From a virus (taxonomy: Duplodnaviria > Caudoviricetes): 39,655 nt of DNA. Below, piece by piece: positions 27,630 through 36,610 of the stretch. The position numbers and the translations under genes were made by a program. Where the stretch lies: IMG/VR virus record IMGVR_UViG_3300037483_000335, positions 1-39,655 of that record, one strand, 5' to 3'. Numbering within the stretch: the first letter of the stretch is position 1; each line of letters begins with the position of its first letter. The notes beneath the pieces were generated by a model that was not told the origin of the DNA, did no database searches, and saw only the letters and a list, made by a program, of their open reading frames with translations.

Positions 27630-27890
27630 ATGAATACCACAATGTGCCGCGTAGCTACATACGCTAAACCCCTGTACTACAACTGCCGCGCCTGCAATGC
27701 GCCGTTGAATGGCCTATCTGAAACAGGATACTGTGAACAACACAGCGGAAACAAGCCGGTCAACTTTGTCCGTGACGAAACGATCAGAGAAATGGTTGCA
27801 AGCGGAATGAGACAGGTTGACGTAGCCCGAGCGTACAAAATGAGTCGTCAGCTCGTTAATTCCATTGTGCATCAACAGGTGACGCGATGA
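27630..27890 (+). CDS. Zinc finger plus HTH protein
   Basis: CRAC...YCEQH and RDETIREM..SGMRQVDVARAYKMSRQLVNSIV. Confidence 0.65.
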   Translation: MNTTMCRVATYAKPLYYNCRACNAPLNGLSETGYCEQHSGNKPVNFVRDETIREMVASGMRQVDVARAYKMSRQLVNSIVHQQVTR

Positions 27891-28090
27891 ACTTCCAACG
27901 CGGCCAATACCTGACCACCCCCGACGGCTACAGCGCCCGTGTGGAAACGGTCATGACGGACGACGTGTTAGTTTGGTTGACGAACGTGCCGTTTGTTGAC
28001 CGGAAAATGCGCTACCGCACATATCGGAAGGATGACCCGCGCTGGCCTAAATCGAAAGCATCTGAGTTGATTGGAAAGGTGACGAGATGA
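27887..28090 (+). CDS. Hypothetical protein
   Basis: ATGA-coupled; flanked by 16-bp direct repeats. Confidence 0.55.
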   Translation: MNFQRGQYLTTPDGYSARVETVMTDDVLVWLTNVPFVDRKMRYRTYRKDDPRWPKSKASELIGKVTR

Positions 28091-28336
28091 ACATCGGCTA
28101 TATCGTTGTTGGTCTCTGGCTACTGGTTGCGCTGGCCGTCTTTTACGCGATAGATCACGCGCCGGACGGCGATGAGGACGAGACCGGGTTTCATCCGCAC
28201 GACCCGAAGCATTAGCCATTACGCGTTTACTGGCGGCGCGATGGTACGCAGCAGGTATTTATACCCTGCGTCAAAACCATGCCAGCGACCGGGGCGGGCA
28301 ACCGCCCCAACAGCAATCATTTGAAAGGATTATACG

Positions 28337-28687
28337 ATGGCAGAAATAACCCCCGAACAGGAACAGGCAAACTTCTTTGATGAGTTCTACGCCGCCCAGC
28401 ACAGCGACAACAAGGCGCTGCTCGATGACTGGCTGGAAATACTCAAACTCCATTGCGGTAAGCACAACATGGGCGACCAGTCCGCCAAGGTGCTACTGGC
28501 GGTGATCATCCCGCTGGTAGCGTTTGCGCCGGTAAAGGCCGTGCCAATTGCTGAGCCACTCATCAACTTTGTACCCATGATCGATGACGGCAGTGGTATG
28601 TTCTGCCCGCGCTACTGCAGGTGCGGTGGCGAGATGTATTTCGCACACCCTGGCTCGCCGCGCTGCTCGAACGGCTGCGACGAATGA
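28337..28687 (+). CDS. Hypothetical protein with C-terminal Cys cluster
   Basis: AAAGGA RBS. Confidence 0.55.
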   Translation: MAEITPEQEQANFFDEFYAAQHSDNKALLDDWLEILKLHCGKHNMGDQSAKVLLAVIIPLVAFAPVKAVPIAEPLINFVPMIDDGSGMFCPRYCRCGGEMYFAHPGSPRCSNGCDE

Positions 28688-28980
28688 ACCTCTACGAGCA
28701 GGCTATTTGCTATTTTGCCCGAGCGCATCCGGTGATCCTGGACATCGACGGCCTTTTCGTGCCGCGCCAGTGGGGGCGCGAAAGCCTGCCGTTTATGTCG
28801 GATTTCTGGAAAGTGTTTCCCGAGCTGCGCAAGAACGGCATGGTGGAGCAGGTGGAAAAATGGCCGTATCCGATGTATGCCGCATCCGGCGCGTGTTGTC
28901 AAAGCGCTTTTGAGATTTGGCGCGCTCATGGATACAAGCCCGTCTGGTTTGCTCCCGGCTGCGTGGGGCTAACGAAATGA
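28684..28980 (+). CDS. Hypothetical protein
   Basis: ATGA-coupled to the upstream ORF. Confidence 0.5.
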   Translation: MNLYEQAICYFARAHPVILDIDGLFVPRQWGRESLPFMSDFWKVFPELRKNGMVEQVEKWPYPMYAASGACCQSAFEIWRAHGYKPVWFAPGCVGLTK

Positions 28981-29048
28981 CCGGCCCGCAGGCTGCTGCT
29001 GTGCTCGCGCTGGTGTGCGTGGCGCTGGTGGTAATTGCGGTGAGTTGC

Positions 29049-29216
29049 TTGACACGGACGCGAAAATGAGTATAATCTTAGATGCTGGCACTAGTAAGAC
29101 GCGAAGTTTTTTGATACAATCAATCGGTAAGCAACGCCCGTATTTGTTCAGCGCTTCGCGCACTAGTGCCAGCACACTAGGACAAATACGGGCGATTTGC
29201 TTTCTAGGGAAAGGAG
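29049..29216 (+). promoter_or_regulatory. Consensus promoter plus A-B-A'-B' structured leader
   Basis: TTGACA-16-TATAAT; 29083-29106 pairs with 29154-29174; 29129-29149 pairs with 29180-29202. Confidence 0.7.
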
Positions 29217-29222
29217 CTGATC

Positions 29223-29414
29223 ATGTTTGAACGAATGGGTACTCGTTTATGGATACGACTTGGACAATTGAACTTTGAAATTGGTTGGTTCGGCGGCGAG
29301 TCGCTGAAACTAGTGTCAATCAACCTGCTAGAGTACAACACCGAAGCGCGATTTTTTGACATCATCAATATCCAGGTTGCCAAATTTGTCATTGGCCTGC
29401 ATTGGCCATGGTAG
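29223..29414 (+). CDS. Hypothetical protein
   Basis: AAGGAG RBS. Confidence 0.55.
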   Translation: MFERMGTRLWIRLGQLNFEIGWFGGESLKLVSINLLEYNTEARFFDIINIQVAKFVIGLHWPW

Positions 29415-29433
29415 CCGCAGGAAGGATAAGACG

Positions 29434-29691
29434 ATGGACACGAATTGGGTAATTGCTGGCAAGCCGGCTGATGCCGTTCCGGTGGTTGGACAAGAGTACA
29501 AAATCCGCGACAGTTGGAAGGGTACGTTCTCGGGCCGAATTCTCACAGTTACCGGCGAATGGGCGGATGTCGAAGTCACCAAGGGCAAGCCGCGTTTTAT
29601 ATCAATGGATCGCAGGTTGGGGTACAACGGGCAAATTAGTATCCGTGCCTGCCTTGTGTATCTGATCGAACAACCCGCGCAGGAAGGATAA
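29434..29691 (+). CDS. Hypothetical protein
   Basis: Flanked by exact 21-bp direct repeats containing the RBS. Confidence 0.6.
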   Translation: MDTNWVIAGKPADAVPVVGQEYKIRDSWKGTFSGRILTVTGEWADVEVTKGKPRFISMDRRLGYNGQISIRACLVYLIEQPAQEG

Positions 29692-29765
29692 GACGATGAA
29701 TTCAGCCACGATAAGGCCATGCACGAACTGTTGTTGGTTGTTGAGGAGATGACGGAAGGTGAACC

Positions 29766-30038
29766 ATGAGCAAACATGGCCCGAACGTTACGAAACTGAT
29801 TATTCGATTTATCGCCCTTGAAGCTGTCCCGCCCGGTGGCGGTCTTGCATCCGCTATTGAATTTTTCAAAAATCAAGAGTTGCGTAAACAGGTATTAGAA
29901 AGTGCTGAGGCTAAGGCGATGCAGGCAATTCAGCTTATAAAGAGCGCGCCTGACAACCCGTACGGCGAGGACGATGAACAGATTGCCGGTGAATTACTAA
30001 AGAAGATTGCAGAAAGGAGTGAACCGTGGCAACGATAA
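29766..30038 (+). CDS. Hypothetical protein
   Basis: GAAGGTG RBS. Confidence 0.6.
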   Translation: MSKHGPNVTKLIIRFIALEAVPPGGGLASAIEFFKNQELRKQVLESAEAKAMQAIQLIKSAPDNPYGEDDEQIAGELLKKIAERSEPWQR

Positions 30039-30274
30039 CCAAAAAATATTGGAATAGTCTAAGCAAAGAACAGCAGGAGACATTGATAAATGCCGTATCT
30101 GCATACAATGTTTTCACGTTAGCAGGGCCATCCTTTGAGGAGTTTCTAGCCGTCAAAGAGAATACGGTTACGCTCACCAAAGAAGGTTTGCGCTTAAGGC
30201 TTGTGGCTTGCTTTGCTTGGGGCGTGGTGGTCGGCTTTGTCGTTGGCGGTTTGATTATCACAATGTTGTCATAG
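30026..30274 (+). CDS. Hypothetical membrane-anchored protein
   Basis: AAGGAG RBS, GTG start, C-terminal TM. Confidence 0.55.
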   Translation: MATITKKYWNSLSKEQQETLINAVSAYNVFTLAGPSFEEFLAVKENTVTLTKEGLRLRLVACFAWGVVVGFVVGGLIITMLS

Positions 30275-30344
30275 ATCAAGAAGTTTGTAAGCAATCATAA
30301 AACTGGCCCCGCTGCCAACGAAGAACGGGCCGAAGGAGTGAACG

Positions 30345-30572
30345 ATGAACGATACAACAGAGAGAACGGGGGAAGTGAATTACTACAAGACCCGAAAAGC
30401 AATACATACATTTGTTGCCGCCGGTGTTCCGTATACAACCCTGAACGCATACCTTGAACTCATTGCGGAAGAGTTGCAAATAGACGCAGAAAAATTAAAG
30501 GATGTGTCTTTTGGTGTACTGGATAAACTGATGGCTGAATATGACCGCAAAGCGGCAGGCGGTGCGAGATGA
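30345..30572 (+). CDS. Hypothetical protein
   Basis: AAGGAG RBS. Confidence 0.6.
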   Translation: MNDTTERTGEVNYYKTRKAIHTFVAAGVPYTTLNAYLELIAEELQIDAEKLKDVSFGVLDKLMAEYDRKAAGGAR

Positions 30573-30751
30573 GCGAACAGACCCACTACATCGGCACAGG
30601 CAAGCTGGGGATTAGCTTCTGGCTGAACGCGCCCGTACTGAAAACAATCCGCTTCCTGAACGGTATCCGCGAGTTGAGTTTTACCGGCATCACCATCGGG
30701 CAGATCGGTATCGGTGTGCTTATCAGCCGTAAGGCAAAGGGCGGTGAGTGA
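30569..30751 (+). CDS. Hypothetical protein
   Basis: ATGA-coupled. Confidence 0.5.
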   Translation: MSEQTHYIGTGKLGISFWLNAPVLKTIRFLNGIRELSFTGITIGQIGIGVLISRKAKGGE

Positions 30752-31581
30752 TGGCTAAAAAACATTGGATATATCTCAAGCGTGGATTATCGGAAGATCC
30801 AAAACACAGATCGAGAATGGGCGAATGCGTCTGGCTTTTCATGCACATCATTGACCGCGCAGACTGGGAAACCGGCATAGCATTTGACTGGAAGGACCGG
30901 GAAGAGGCCGCCGATATGTGTATGCCCGTCGATACACTGAGACGCCAGCGGCAAAAACTGGAAGAATTGGATTACATCCGCACGGTACAAAAACAGCACT
31001 CACAAAATATTTACATTATGGAGTGGAAAGACCCGCGCAACTATGGAGCGGAGATTAGAAACCCGCGAAACCAGGGTAGTCACGAACAACTACCCTCAGA
31101 AAATGATGAAATTCCCCAGGGTGATAACCAGGGTCTTAACGAGGGTCTTAACCAGGATAGTAACCAGGTTCAAGCACAGGACGAGACTCCTACATATAAC
31201 TCAAAGTCAAAGTCATCTTCAAAGTCAAAGCGCGCTGATGCGCCGCTAAAGGCAAACCAGATCCCGCAGATCATTCTTTTCAAAGAAGTTACGCGCCGTT
31301 ACCCGTCTACCGGCTCACAGTTTACGGTTATTGTTTCCGTGGACAAAGTAGGCGACCGCCTGGGAAGGGAAGCGACCGCCGCAGATTTAGCGCCATTCTT
31401 CCGGGAATGGTGCGACCGTGGATATAAGCCCGTATCTGTCAAGTGGCTGTCTGAGTGGGCGGTTCCCGGTGTGATCCCGAACGGCAACGGATACAAGCCA
31501 GCGAACGCTGTACCCAAAGGCGTGACCGTAGCGCAATCATGGCTGGCGAAGAAACAAGCGGAGCAGGCTCATGGCGAATGA
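30748..31581 (+). CDS. Phage replication initiator (wHTH N-terminus, DnaD-like C-terminus)
   Basis: WIYLKRGL...VWLFMHII.RA, internal iteron-encoded low-complexity segment, W..RGYKP; followed by a loader gene. Confidence 0.7.
   Translation: MMAKKHWIYLKRGLSEDPKHRSRMGECVWLFMHIIDRADWETGIAFDWKDREEAADMCMPVDTLRRQRQKLEELDYIRTVQKQHSQNIYIMEWKDPRNYGAEIRNPRNQGSHEQLPSENDEIPQGDNQGLNEGLNQDSNQVQAQDETPTYNSKSKSSSKSKRADAPLKANQIPQIILFKEVTRRYPSTGSQFTVIVSVDKVGDRLGREATAADLAPFFREWCDRGYKPVSVKWLSEWAVPGVIPNGNGYKPANAVPKGVTVAQSWLAKKQAEQAHGE
31114..31173 (+). repeat. Five 12-bp iteron-like repeats (putative replication origin)
   Basis: ccccagggtgat/aaccagggtctt/aacgagggtctt/aaccaggatagt/aaccaggttcaa, plus aaccagggtagt at 31069. 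Confidence 0.65.
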
Positions 31582-32167
31582 AAACGATATAGCCCAGATT
31601 GTTGCTGTCATTTCAGCGGCTTACCCGAATTTCAGCCCGTCCGAAATGACAACGGAAGTCTACTATCAAACACTGCGAGACATCCCGGCGGACCTGCTAA
31701 AGGCGGCGACGTTGCAGGCGGTGAGCGAGCCGGGCCGGAAGTTTGCGCCGTCTGTTGGTGAGATACGCGGCGCGGTGCTGGAGATCAATCGAGCGATTGA
31801 CAAAACGCCCAGCGCATACGAAGGCTGGGAAGCAACGCGGAAGGCGATGTTCGGCGGCTGGCCGCCCGATATACACCCGATGATCGTAAAGGTTGCCGAC
31901 TTGCTGGGTGGATTGCGGACACTGGGGCATTCCACCAATCCGGTATCTGACCGGATGCGTTACATCGAAGCATACAACGAACTGTTAGAGCGCACCCAGC
32001 GCGGACAGATCGCATTGCCGGAAGTGCGCGGGTACATCGAGGCGCACGGCGGGGAACTACCTCCGCCAGTAGAGCAGATGAAACAGCTAGGCGCAAAGTG
32101 GAATGTTCGAGACGATGAAACTTTGCCTGGCCTAGTACACCCCGATACGTTGGAAGTGCTGGAATGA
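31571..32167 (+). CDS. Replicative helicase loader/inhibitor (SPP1 G39P-like)
   Basis: ISAAYPNF...L.DIP...FAPSVGEIR; follows the initiator. Confidence 0.7.
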   Translation: MANENDIAQIVAVISAAYPNFSPSEMTTEVYYQTLRDIPADLLKAATLQAVSEPGRKFAPSVGEIRGAVLEINRAIDKTPSAYEGWEATRKAMFGGWPPDIHPMIVKVADLLGGLRTLGHSTNPVSDRMRYIEAYNELLERTQRGQIALPEVRGYIEAHGGELPPPVEQMKQLGAKWNVRDDETLPGLVHPDTLEVLE

Positions 32168-32388
32168 CAACGCTGATCATCCTGCCCCACATGTACGAAG
32201 TGTCCGGCGCGTTATTCGACCGGGTGATTGATGACCTGTTTGAAGCGATCCGGTACGAAAGTGAGCATGATTTTGTCACCCGCGTGGCGCTGGAAAAATT
32301 CGACAAGAATGGGTTGCCGGTGTACGAAAAGATACCGGATGATGAAATGACGTACGTTGAAGCGCGGTGCGAAGGGAGCATGACATGA
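32164..32388 (+). CDS. Hypothetical protein
   Basis: ATGA-coupled. Confidence 0.5.
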   Translation: MTTLIILPHMYEVSGALFDRVIDDLFEAIRYESEHDFVTRVALEKFDKNGLPVYEKIPDDEMTYVEARCEGSMT

Positions 32389-33368
32389 TACTCAACGCGG
32401 ACGCATTACACATCCCGCTGGCGAATGGCACGGTGCAAACGTGCGTTACATCGCCGCCGTATTTTGGCCTTAGAAATTACAACGTAGACGGGCAGATTGG
32501 CCTGGAAGAAACGCCTGAGCTTTATGTGGAAAAACTGGTTGCCGTGTTCCGCGAAGTGTGGCGCGTGCTGGCCGATACGGGCACTTGTTGGATTAATTTA
32601 GGTGACTCATACGCCGGCACAACTCCGGGGCAGGGGGGCAAAAGCGACAAACAGACCACGAATAAAGGTTCGTTCTTCGAGATAAACAGAGCGAAGGATA
32701 GGACATCGAAGCGCTGGGGTGGCGGCGGGGTTCCGGCGACTGACGGCCTGAAACCCAAAGACCTCATCGGCATCCCCTGGATGGTAGCCTTCGCCCTACG
32801 CGCGGACGGCTGGTATCTGCGCTCAGAAATCATCTGGCACAAGCCCAACCCCATGCCCGAAAGCGTGACAGACAGGCCAACGAAAAGCCATGAGCAGATA
32901 TTCTTGCTGAGTAAATCGCCGCGCTATTTCTACGATGCGGACGCGATAAAAGAAGAGATAACATCACCATCGAGTATCGCAAGAAACAGGTCAACGCCAC
33001 GTCAGATAATGTCTCACGCTTCTAGGGATGACGGTGTGTTGCGGAATGACTTTGGAAGAACTTATTCCCCTGAAACAGAAGCGGGCCGCAACAAGCGCGA
33101 TGTCTGGACCGTCAATACAAAAAGCTACGCCGCCGCCCACTTCGCCACGTTCCCACCCAAACTTATCGAGCCTTGCATCCTTGCCGGTTCGCGTGAAGGT
33201 GACATCGTTTTGGATCCTTTCAGCGGTTCCGGCACAACCGGCGAAGTTTCGATACGATTGCGCCGGCGCTACGTTGGGTTAGAGTTGAACATGGATTACA
33301 TCGCATTGCAACGGGAGCGCACGACAACAGACGTGATGTTGCCGCTATTCGTAGGGAGCCTAACATGA
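32385..33368 (+). CDS. DNA amino-methyltransferase (N4-C/N6-A, beta class)
   Basis: TSPPY motif IV before DPFSGSGTT motif I; IIWHKPNPMPES, HFATFP. Confidence 0.93.
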   Translation: MILNADALHIPLANGTVQTCVTSPPYFGLRNYNVDGQIGLEETPELYVEKLVAVFREVWRVLADTGTCWINLGDSYAGTTPGQGGKSDKQTTNKGSFFEINRAKDRTSKRWGGGGVPATDGLKPKDLIGIPWMVAFALRADGWYLRSEIIWHKPNPMPESVTDRPTKSHEQIFLLSKSPRYFYDADAIKEEITSPSSIARNRSTPRQIMSHASRDDGVLRNDFGRTYSPETEAGRNKRDVWTVNTKSYAAAHFATFPPKLIEPCILAGSREGDIVLDPFSGSGTTGEVSIRLRRRYVGLELNMDYIALQRERTTTDVMLPLFVGSLT

Positions 33369-33562
33369 AACAAACATACACACCACCCCAAAAGAAACAG
33401 GTAACGCCGGAGTTGGCGCCGGAACTAACAGTAATGCCGCAGCCGTTGCGCTGCACGGACTGCAACTGCAAGACGGTGCATTACTTCGTCCGCTTCTCGG
33501 GGATTATGATCCGCAAGAAACTTTTTACCTGTGGTGTGTGCGGCAGAGTGCGGACGCTATGA
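33365..33562 (+). CDS. Zinc-ribbon protein
   Basis: CTDC...CGVC. Confidence 0.55.
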   Translation: MKQTYTPPQKKQVTPELAPELTVMPQPLRCTDCNCKTVHYFVRFSGIMIRKKLFTCGVCGRVRTL

Positions 33563-34932
33563 AAGCCGGTTCCCTGTTCACGGGCATAGGCGGGTTTGAC
33601 CTTGCGTTTCGGAACGCGGGGATCAATACCGTCTGGCAGGCTGAGATCGATAAGAACTGCCTGCAACTATTGGAGCAAAGGTTCCCGAACGCAAGGAGAT
33701 ACACAGATGTCAAAGATATTGGAAGAGACGCAGCAGACATTATTTGCGGTGGCTTCCCATGCCAGGACTTATCGGTGGCTGGAAAGCGCGCTGGATTGGC
33801 TGGCGAACGGTCAGGCTTATGGTTTGAGTTTCATCGAATTATTGAAGTCAATCAACCGAGATGGGTTGTTATCGAAAACGTCCCCGGATTACTGTCAAGT
33901 AACGAAGGGCGAGACATGGGAATACTTCTCGGAGGGCTGGCCCAGCTCGGCTATGGGTGGGCCTACCGGGTGCTTGATGCTCAGTACTTCGGACTGGCCC
34001 AAAGACGCCGCCGTGTGTTCATTGTCGGATGTCTTGGAGACCCGAGACGTGCCGCGCAAGTATTATTTGAGCGCGAAAGCGGCGAAAGGGATACTCCGCC
34101 GAGCAGAGAAACGGGGGAAAGAGTTGCCGCCGATGTTGCGACAGGCTTTGGAGAAAGTGGGCAAGGATATTGGGGAGAAGGAATAAAGCCGCTTCGAGCC
34201 GAAGGTGAGAACAGACCAAGCAGACCAAGTAACCTTGTTGCCTTTCGTACAAACCAGACAAACGCACAAGGTCCAATCCATTCATTTGGAGTTACCGATT
34301 CGTTAGCCCAAGATCACCCGCCCGCAGTTGCTTTCCAGCAGAACACCCGTGATGAAGTGCGGCTGATGAATGGCGATGGTCAGATAGCGGGAGCTCTCGC
34401 CGCTGAGCCCGGAATGAAACAGCAGAATTATATTGCCTTCAATGCCGATCGAGACGGGGCTTCATCGTTCGATGACTTAGCCCCCACGCTTACCCATAAC
34501 GGCGATGCTCACAGCGGTTTCAGGGATAGCGGCGGGTTGGTTGCCTACGGCCTGAACAGCAAAAACAACCGATATGACGCGGAAAGTCAGACGCTTTTGC
34601 CGGTTGTGTCCAGTGACCGGATAGACAGGTGGGTTGACGAACCCGACAGGGTAAGGGCCATTCAAAGCGATGGACACTCGTCGACCGCGCAGGAACATGT
34701 ATATTTCAAGCCCAACGCCGTTGTGAATAGCTTGGAACACGCTAGACCACACAAGGTTATTTCAACAGGCGTCCGCCGCCTTACCCCGCTGGAGTGCGAA
34801 CGCTTGCAGGGCTTCCCCGATGACTGGACGGCTGGCTTTAGCGATAGCACCCGGTACAGGATGCTAGGCAATGCCGTAGCCGTGCCGGTTGTGGAATGGA
34901 TTGCGAGAAGGATACAGGCGGTGACGCTATGA
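33559..34932 (+). CDS. DNA cytosine-C5 methyltransferase with a long variable region
   Basis: FTGIGG, GGFPCQD, ENVPG, QRRRR, RRLTPLECERLQGFPD, GNAV. Confidence 0.95.
   Translation: MKAGSLFTGIGGFDLAFRNAGINTVWQAEIDKNCLQLLEQRFPNARRYTDVKDIGRDAADIICGGFPCQDLSVAGKRAGLAGERSGLWFEFHRIIEVNQPRWVVIENVPGLLSSNEGRDMGILLGGLAQLGYGWAYRVLDAQYFGLAQRRRRVFIVGCLGDPRRAAQVLFERESGERDTPPSRETGERVAADVATGFGESGQGYWGEGIKPLRAEGENRPSRPSNLVAFRTNQTNAQGPIHSFGVTDSLAQDHPPAVAFQQNTRDEVRLMNGDGQIAGALAAEPGMKQQNYIAFNADRDGASSFDDLAPTLTHNGDAHSGFRDSGGLVAYGLNSKNNRYDAESQTLLPVVSSDRIDRWVDEPDRVRAIQSDGHSSTAQEHVYFKPNAVVNSLEHARPHKVISTGVRRLTPLECERLQGFPDDWTAGFSDSTRYRMLGNAVAVPVVEWIARRIQAVTL
33953..34186 (+). CDS. Overlapping +1-frame ORF inside the C5 MTase (possible accessory subunit); start uncertain
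   Basis: CSLSDVLE...VPRKYYLSAKAAKGILRRAEKRGKELP..L..AL; frame open 33596-34186. Confidence 0.5.
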   Translation: MGGPTGCLMLSTSDWPKDAAVCSLSDVLETRDVPRKYYLSAKAAKGILRRAEKRGKELPPMLRQALEKVGKDIGEKE

Positions 34933-35114
34933 AGCGCACCGGCTTTGTCATCCACAGTACCCGCCTTGCCGCCGCCCTGCGTACTGCGGCGGACGGCATC
35001 GCCAAAATCGAGCACGAGATCCAGATCCCCCGTGCGCTGATCCTGTGGCTCGTGCCACAGTTGCGATTGACTGAGCTAGGCCGCGAGATCGCGGAATGGT
35101 TCAGAGAAGATTGA
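34929..35114 (+). CDS. Hypothetical protein (C-terminal part duplicated at 36031)
   Basis: ATGA-coupled to the MTase; stop lies inside a palindromic site. Confidence 0.5.
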   Translation: MKRTGFVIHSTRLAAALRTAADGIAKIEHEIQIPRALILWLVPQLRLTELGREIAEWFRED

Positions 35115-35127
35115 ACGTGTATTCTAT
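34967..35127 (+). repeat. Repeat Q copy 1 (~161 bp; copy 2 at 36031-36191)
   Basis: Near-identical, ending at AACGTGTATTCTAT. Confidence 0.95.
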
Positions 35128-35175
35128 GCACGTTTATGTATAAATTGTATCATTGTATCAATCGCCCTTTACCTA

Positions 35176-35203
35176 TTGACAACTATACACAATCGTGTAT
35201 AAT
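35176..35203 (+). promoter_or_regulatory. Promoter with overlapping palindromic operator (cassette A)
   Basis: TTGACA-16-TATAAT; TATACAC-aatc-GTGTATA. Confidence 0.8.
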
Positions 35204-35232
35204 ATAGTCATAACACAAAAGGAGATGAAACG

Positions 35233-35544
35233 ATGATTACAAACCAGGTTCAACTAACCCAACTCAGGCCTACCGCCGAAATTATCAATGATAGAGTTCG
35301 CATTCACGAGTACGACGCCGATGTTCCTGCACTCAGTTTCCAGCTCAAAAATGATATTCCGTGGCTCCCGATTTGTGATGAGTTCGTAGCCCGGATGAAA
35401 CAATTCAGCAGGGACATCGAGGCCAGCCGCGTGATTGATGATCGCAAGGCTCGTTATGAAATCCAGGTTAGCCTGAAAAAATCGTTGCAGGAATTCGCCG
35501 CTGAGGTTGAGGACGCGCTGAACGCTGCAATGGGAATTAGATAA
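35233..35544 (+). CDS. Hypothetical protein (cassette A gene 1)
   Basis: AAGGAG RBS. Confidence 0.7.
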   Translation: MITNQVQLTQLRPTAEIINDRVRIHEYDADVPALSFQLKNDIPWLPICDEFVARMKQFSRDIEASRVIDDRKARYEIQVSLKKSLQEFAAEVEDALNAAMGIR

Positions 35545-35933
35545 TGGACGAACAATCAGCCCGCTCACAATATGAGCAACGAATAGACAATCTGGTCAAT
35601 AGCCTGCTCCCACACGGGGCAGGCTCGATCACTGACCACCGCTTGCGCCATGCGCTCGAACAGGTTGCACAGGTCGCATTTACCGCCGGTCAGGACTACG
35701 CCCTTACCAGTCTGATGGATCGTGATGATGCCATGAATGCAGTCAATCAGCGGTTGATTGCCGATGGTCGCAATCCTATCAGCAAGCGCCGGTTTCAGGC
35801 TATCGCCCGAACTCAGCACGACCGTTTTGGTGTTGGTTATTCTGTTACTGGTACAGGCGCGTGGTTATTCCGTCCGTCCGAGATTGACAGTCTCATTCCG
35901 GGCGATGTTGGCAGGCCGAAGAAGTCCGCATAG
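35544..35933 (+). CDS. Putative DNA-binding protein (cassette A gene 2; excisionase/MerR-like wing and GRPKK tail)
   Basis: ISKRRFQAIA...GAWLFRPSEID...GRPKK. Confidence 0.6.
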   Translation: MDEQSARSQYEQRIDNLVNSLLPHGAGSITDHRLRHALEQVAQVAFTAGQDYALTSLMDRDDAMNAVNQRLIADGRNPISKRRFQAIARTQHDRFGVGYSVTGTGAWLFRPSEIDSLIPGDVGRPKKSA

Positions 35934-36040
35934 AACAAGGACTGTATGGAGACACAATGAGCGTTGACCTGATCGACCTGCTGGCTGAGTTTGCGCGGGT
36001 AGCGATCGACGTGTTCCTGTTCGCTGTCTATGCCGCCGCC
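35930..36040 (+). repeat. Repeat R copy 1 (~111 bp; copy 2 at 37312-37422)
   Basis: 3 mismatches; begins exactly at ATAGAACAAGGACTGTAT. Confidence 0.95.
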
Positions 36041-36178
36041 CTGCGTACCGCGGCGGACGGCATCGCCAAAATCGAGCACGAGATCCAGATCCCCCGTGCG
36101 CTGATCCTGTGGCTCGTGCCACAGTTGCGATTGACTGAGCTAGGCCGCGAGATCGCGGAATGGTTTGAGAAAGAATAA
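35957..36178 (+). CDS. Chimeric ORF (N-terminus of the 37339 gene + C-terminus of the 34929 gene)
   Basis: R and Q repeats fused at GCCGCC microhomology. Confidence 0.55.
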   Translation: MSVDLIDLLAEFARVAIDVFLFAVYAAALRTAADGIAKIEHEIQIPRALILWLVPQLRLTELGREIAEWFEKE

Positions 36179-36211
36179 ACGTGTATTCTATACAACTACG
36201 AAAGGAAAACT

Positions 36212-36448
36212 ATGAACGGAAGTAGTTATTCGCAGTGGAAAAATTATCAATATTATGTTTGCGACTACAAAACCCTAAAGGCCATACATGGCCCCTGGGA
36301 GAGTAAACAGGTTGTAGATTTCATCGTATCGCAGCCGAACCAGACCGACTATTGCAACATGAGTCGTTATCAGTTGTCGAAGAAGGGTGTGTACCCTAAC
36401 ACGAAAGCCGGTAATGCAAAATTAGAAGCGGACTTGAAACTTGTATAG
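36212..36448 (+). CDS. Hypothetical protein (cassette B)
   Basis: AAAGGA RBS; bounded by palindromic sites. Confidence 0.65.
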   Translation: MNGSSYSQWKNYQYYVCDYKTLKAIHGPWESKQVVDFIVSQPNQTDYCNMSRYQLSKKGVYPNTKAGNAKLEADLKLV

Positions 36449-36610
36449 AACAAGAACTGTATTGAACTGCCCGAGTTTTTGGAATGTGCTCGGCATGGCG
36501 AATATAACTGGTCCTGCTTTTACGAGGACAGAGAAATTGTCGAAATGCTGGACGAGCAGGGGTTTATAGACTGCCCCTATTGTTTGGTGGAAATTGTCGG
36601 AGTTGAATAG
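36449..36610 (+). pseudogene. 5'-truncated ORF fragment with CxxH/CxxC
   Basis: Open frame NKNCIELPEFLECARHG...CPYC...GVE* with no RBS or start, beginning inside a site. Confidence 0.4.
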
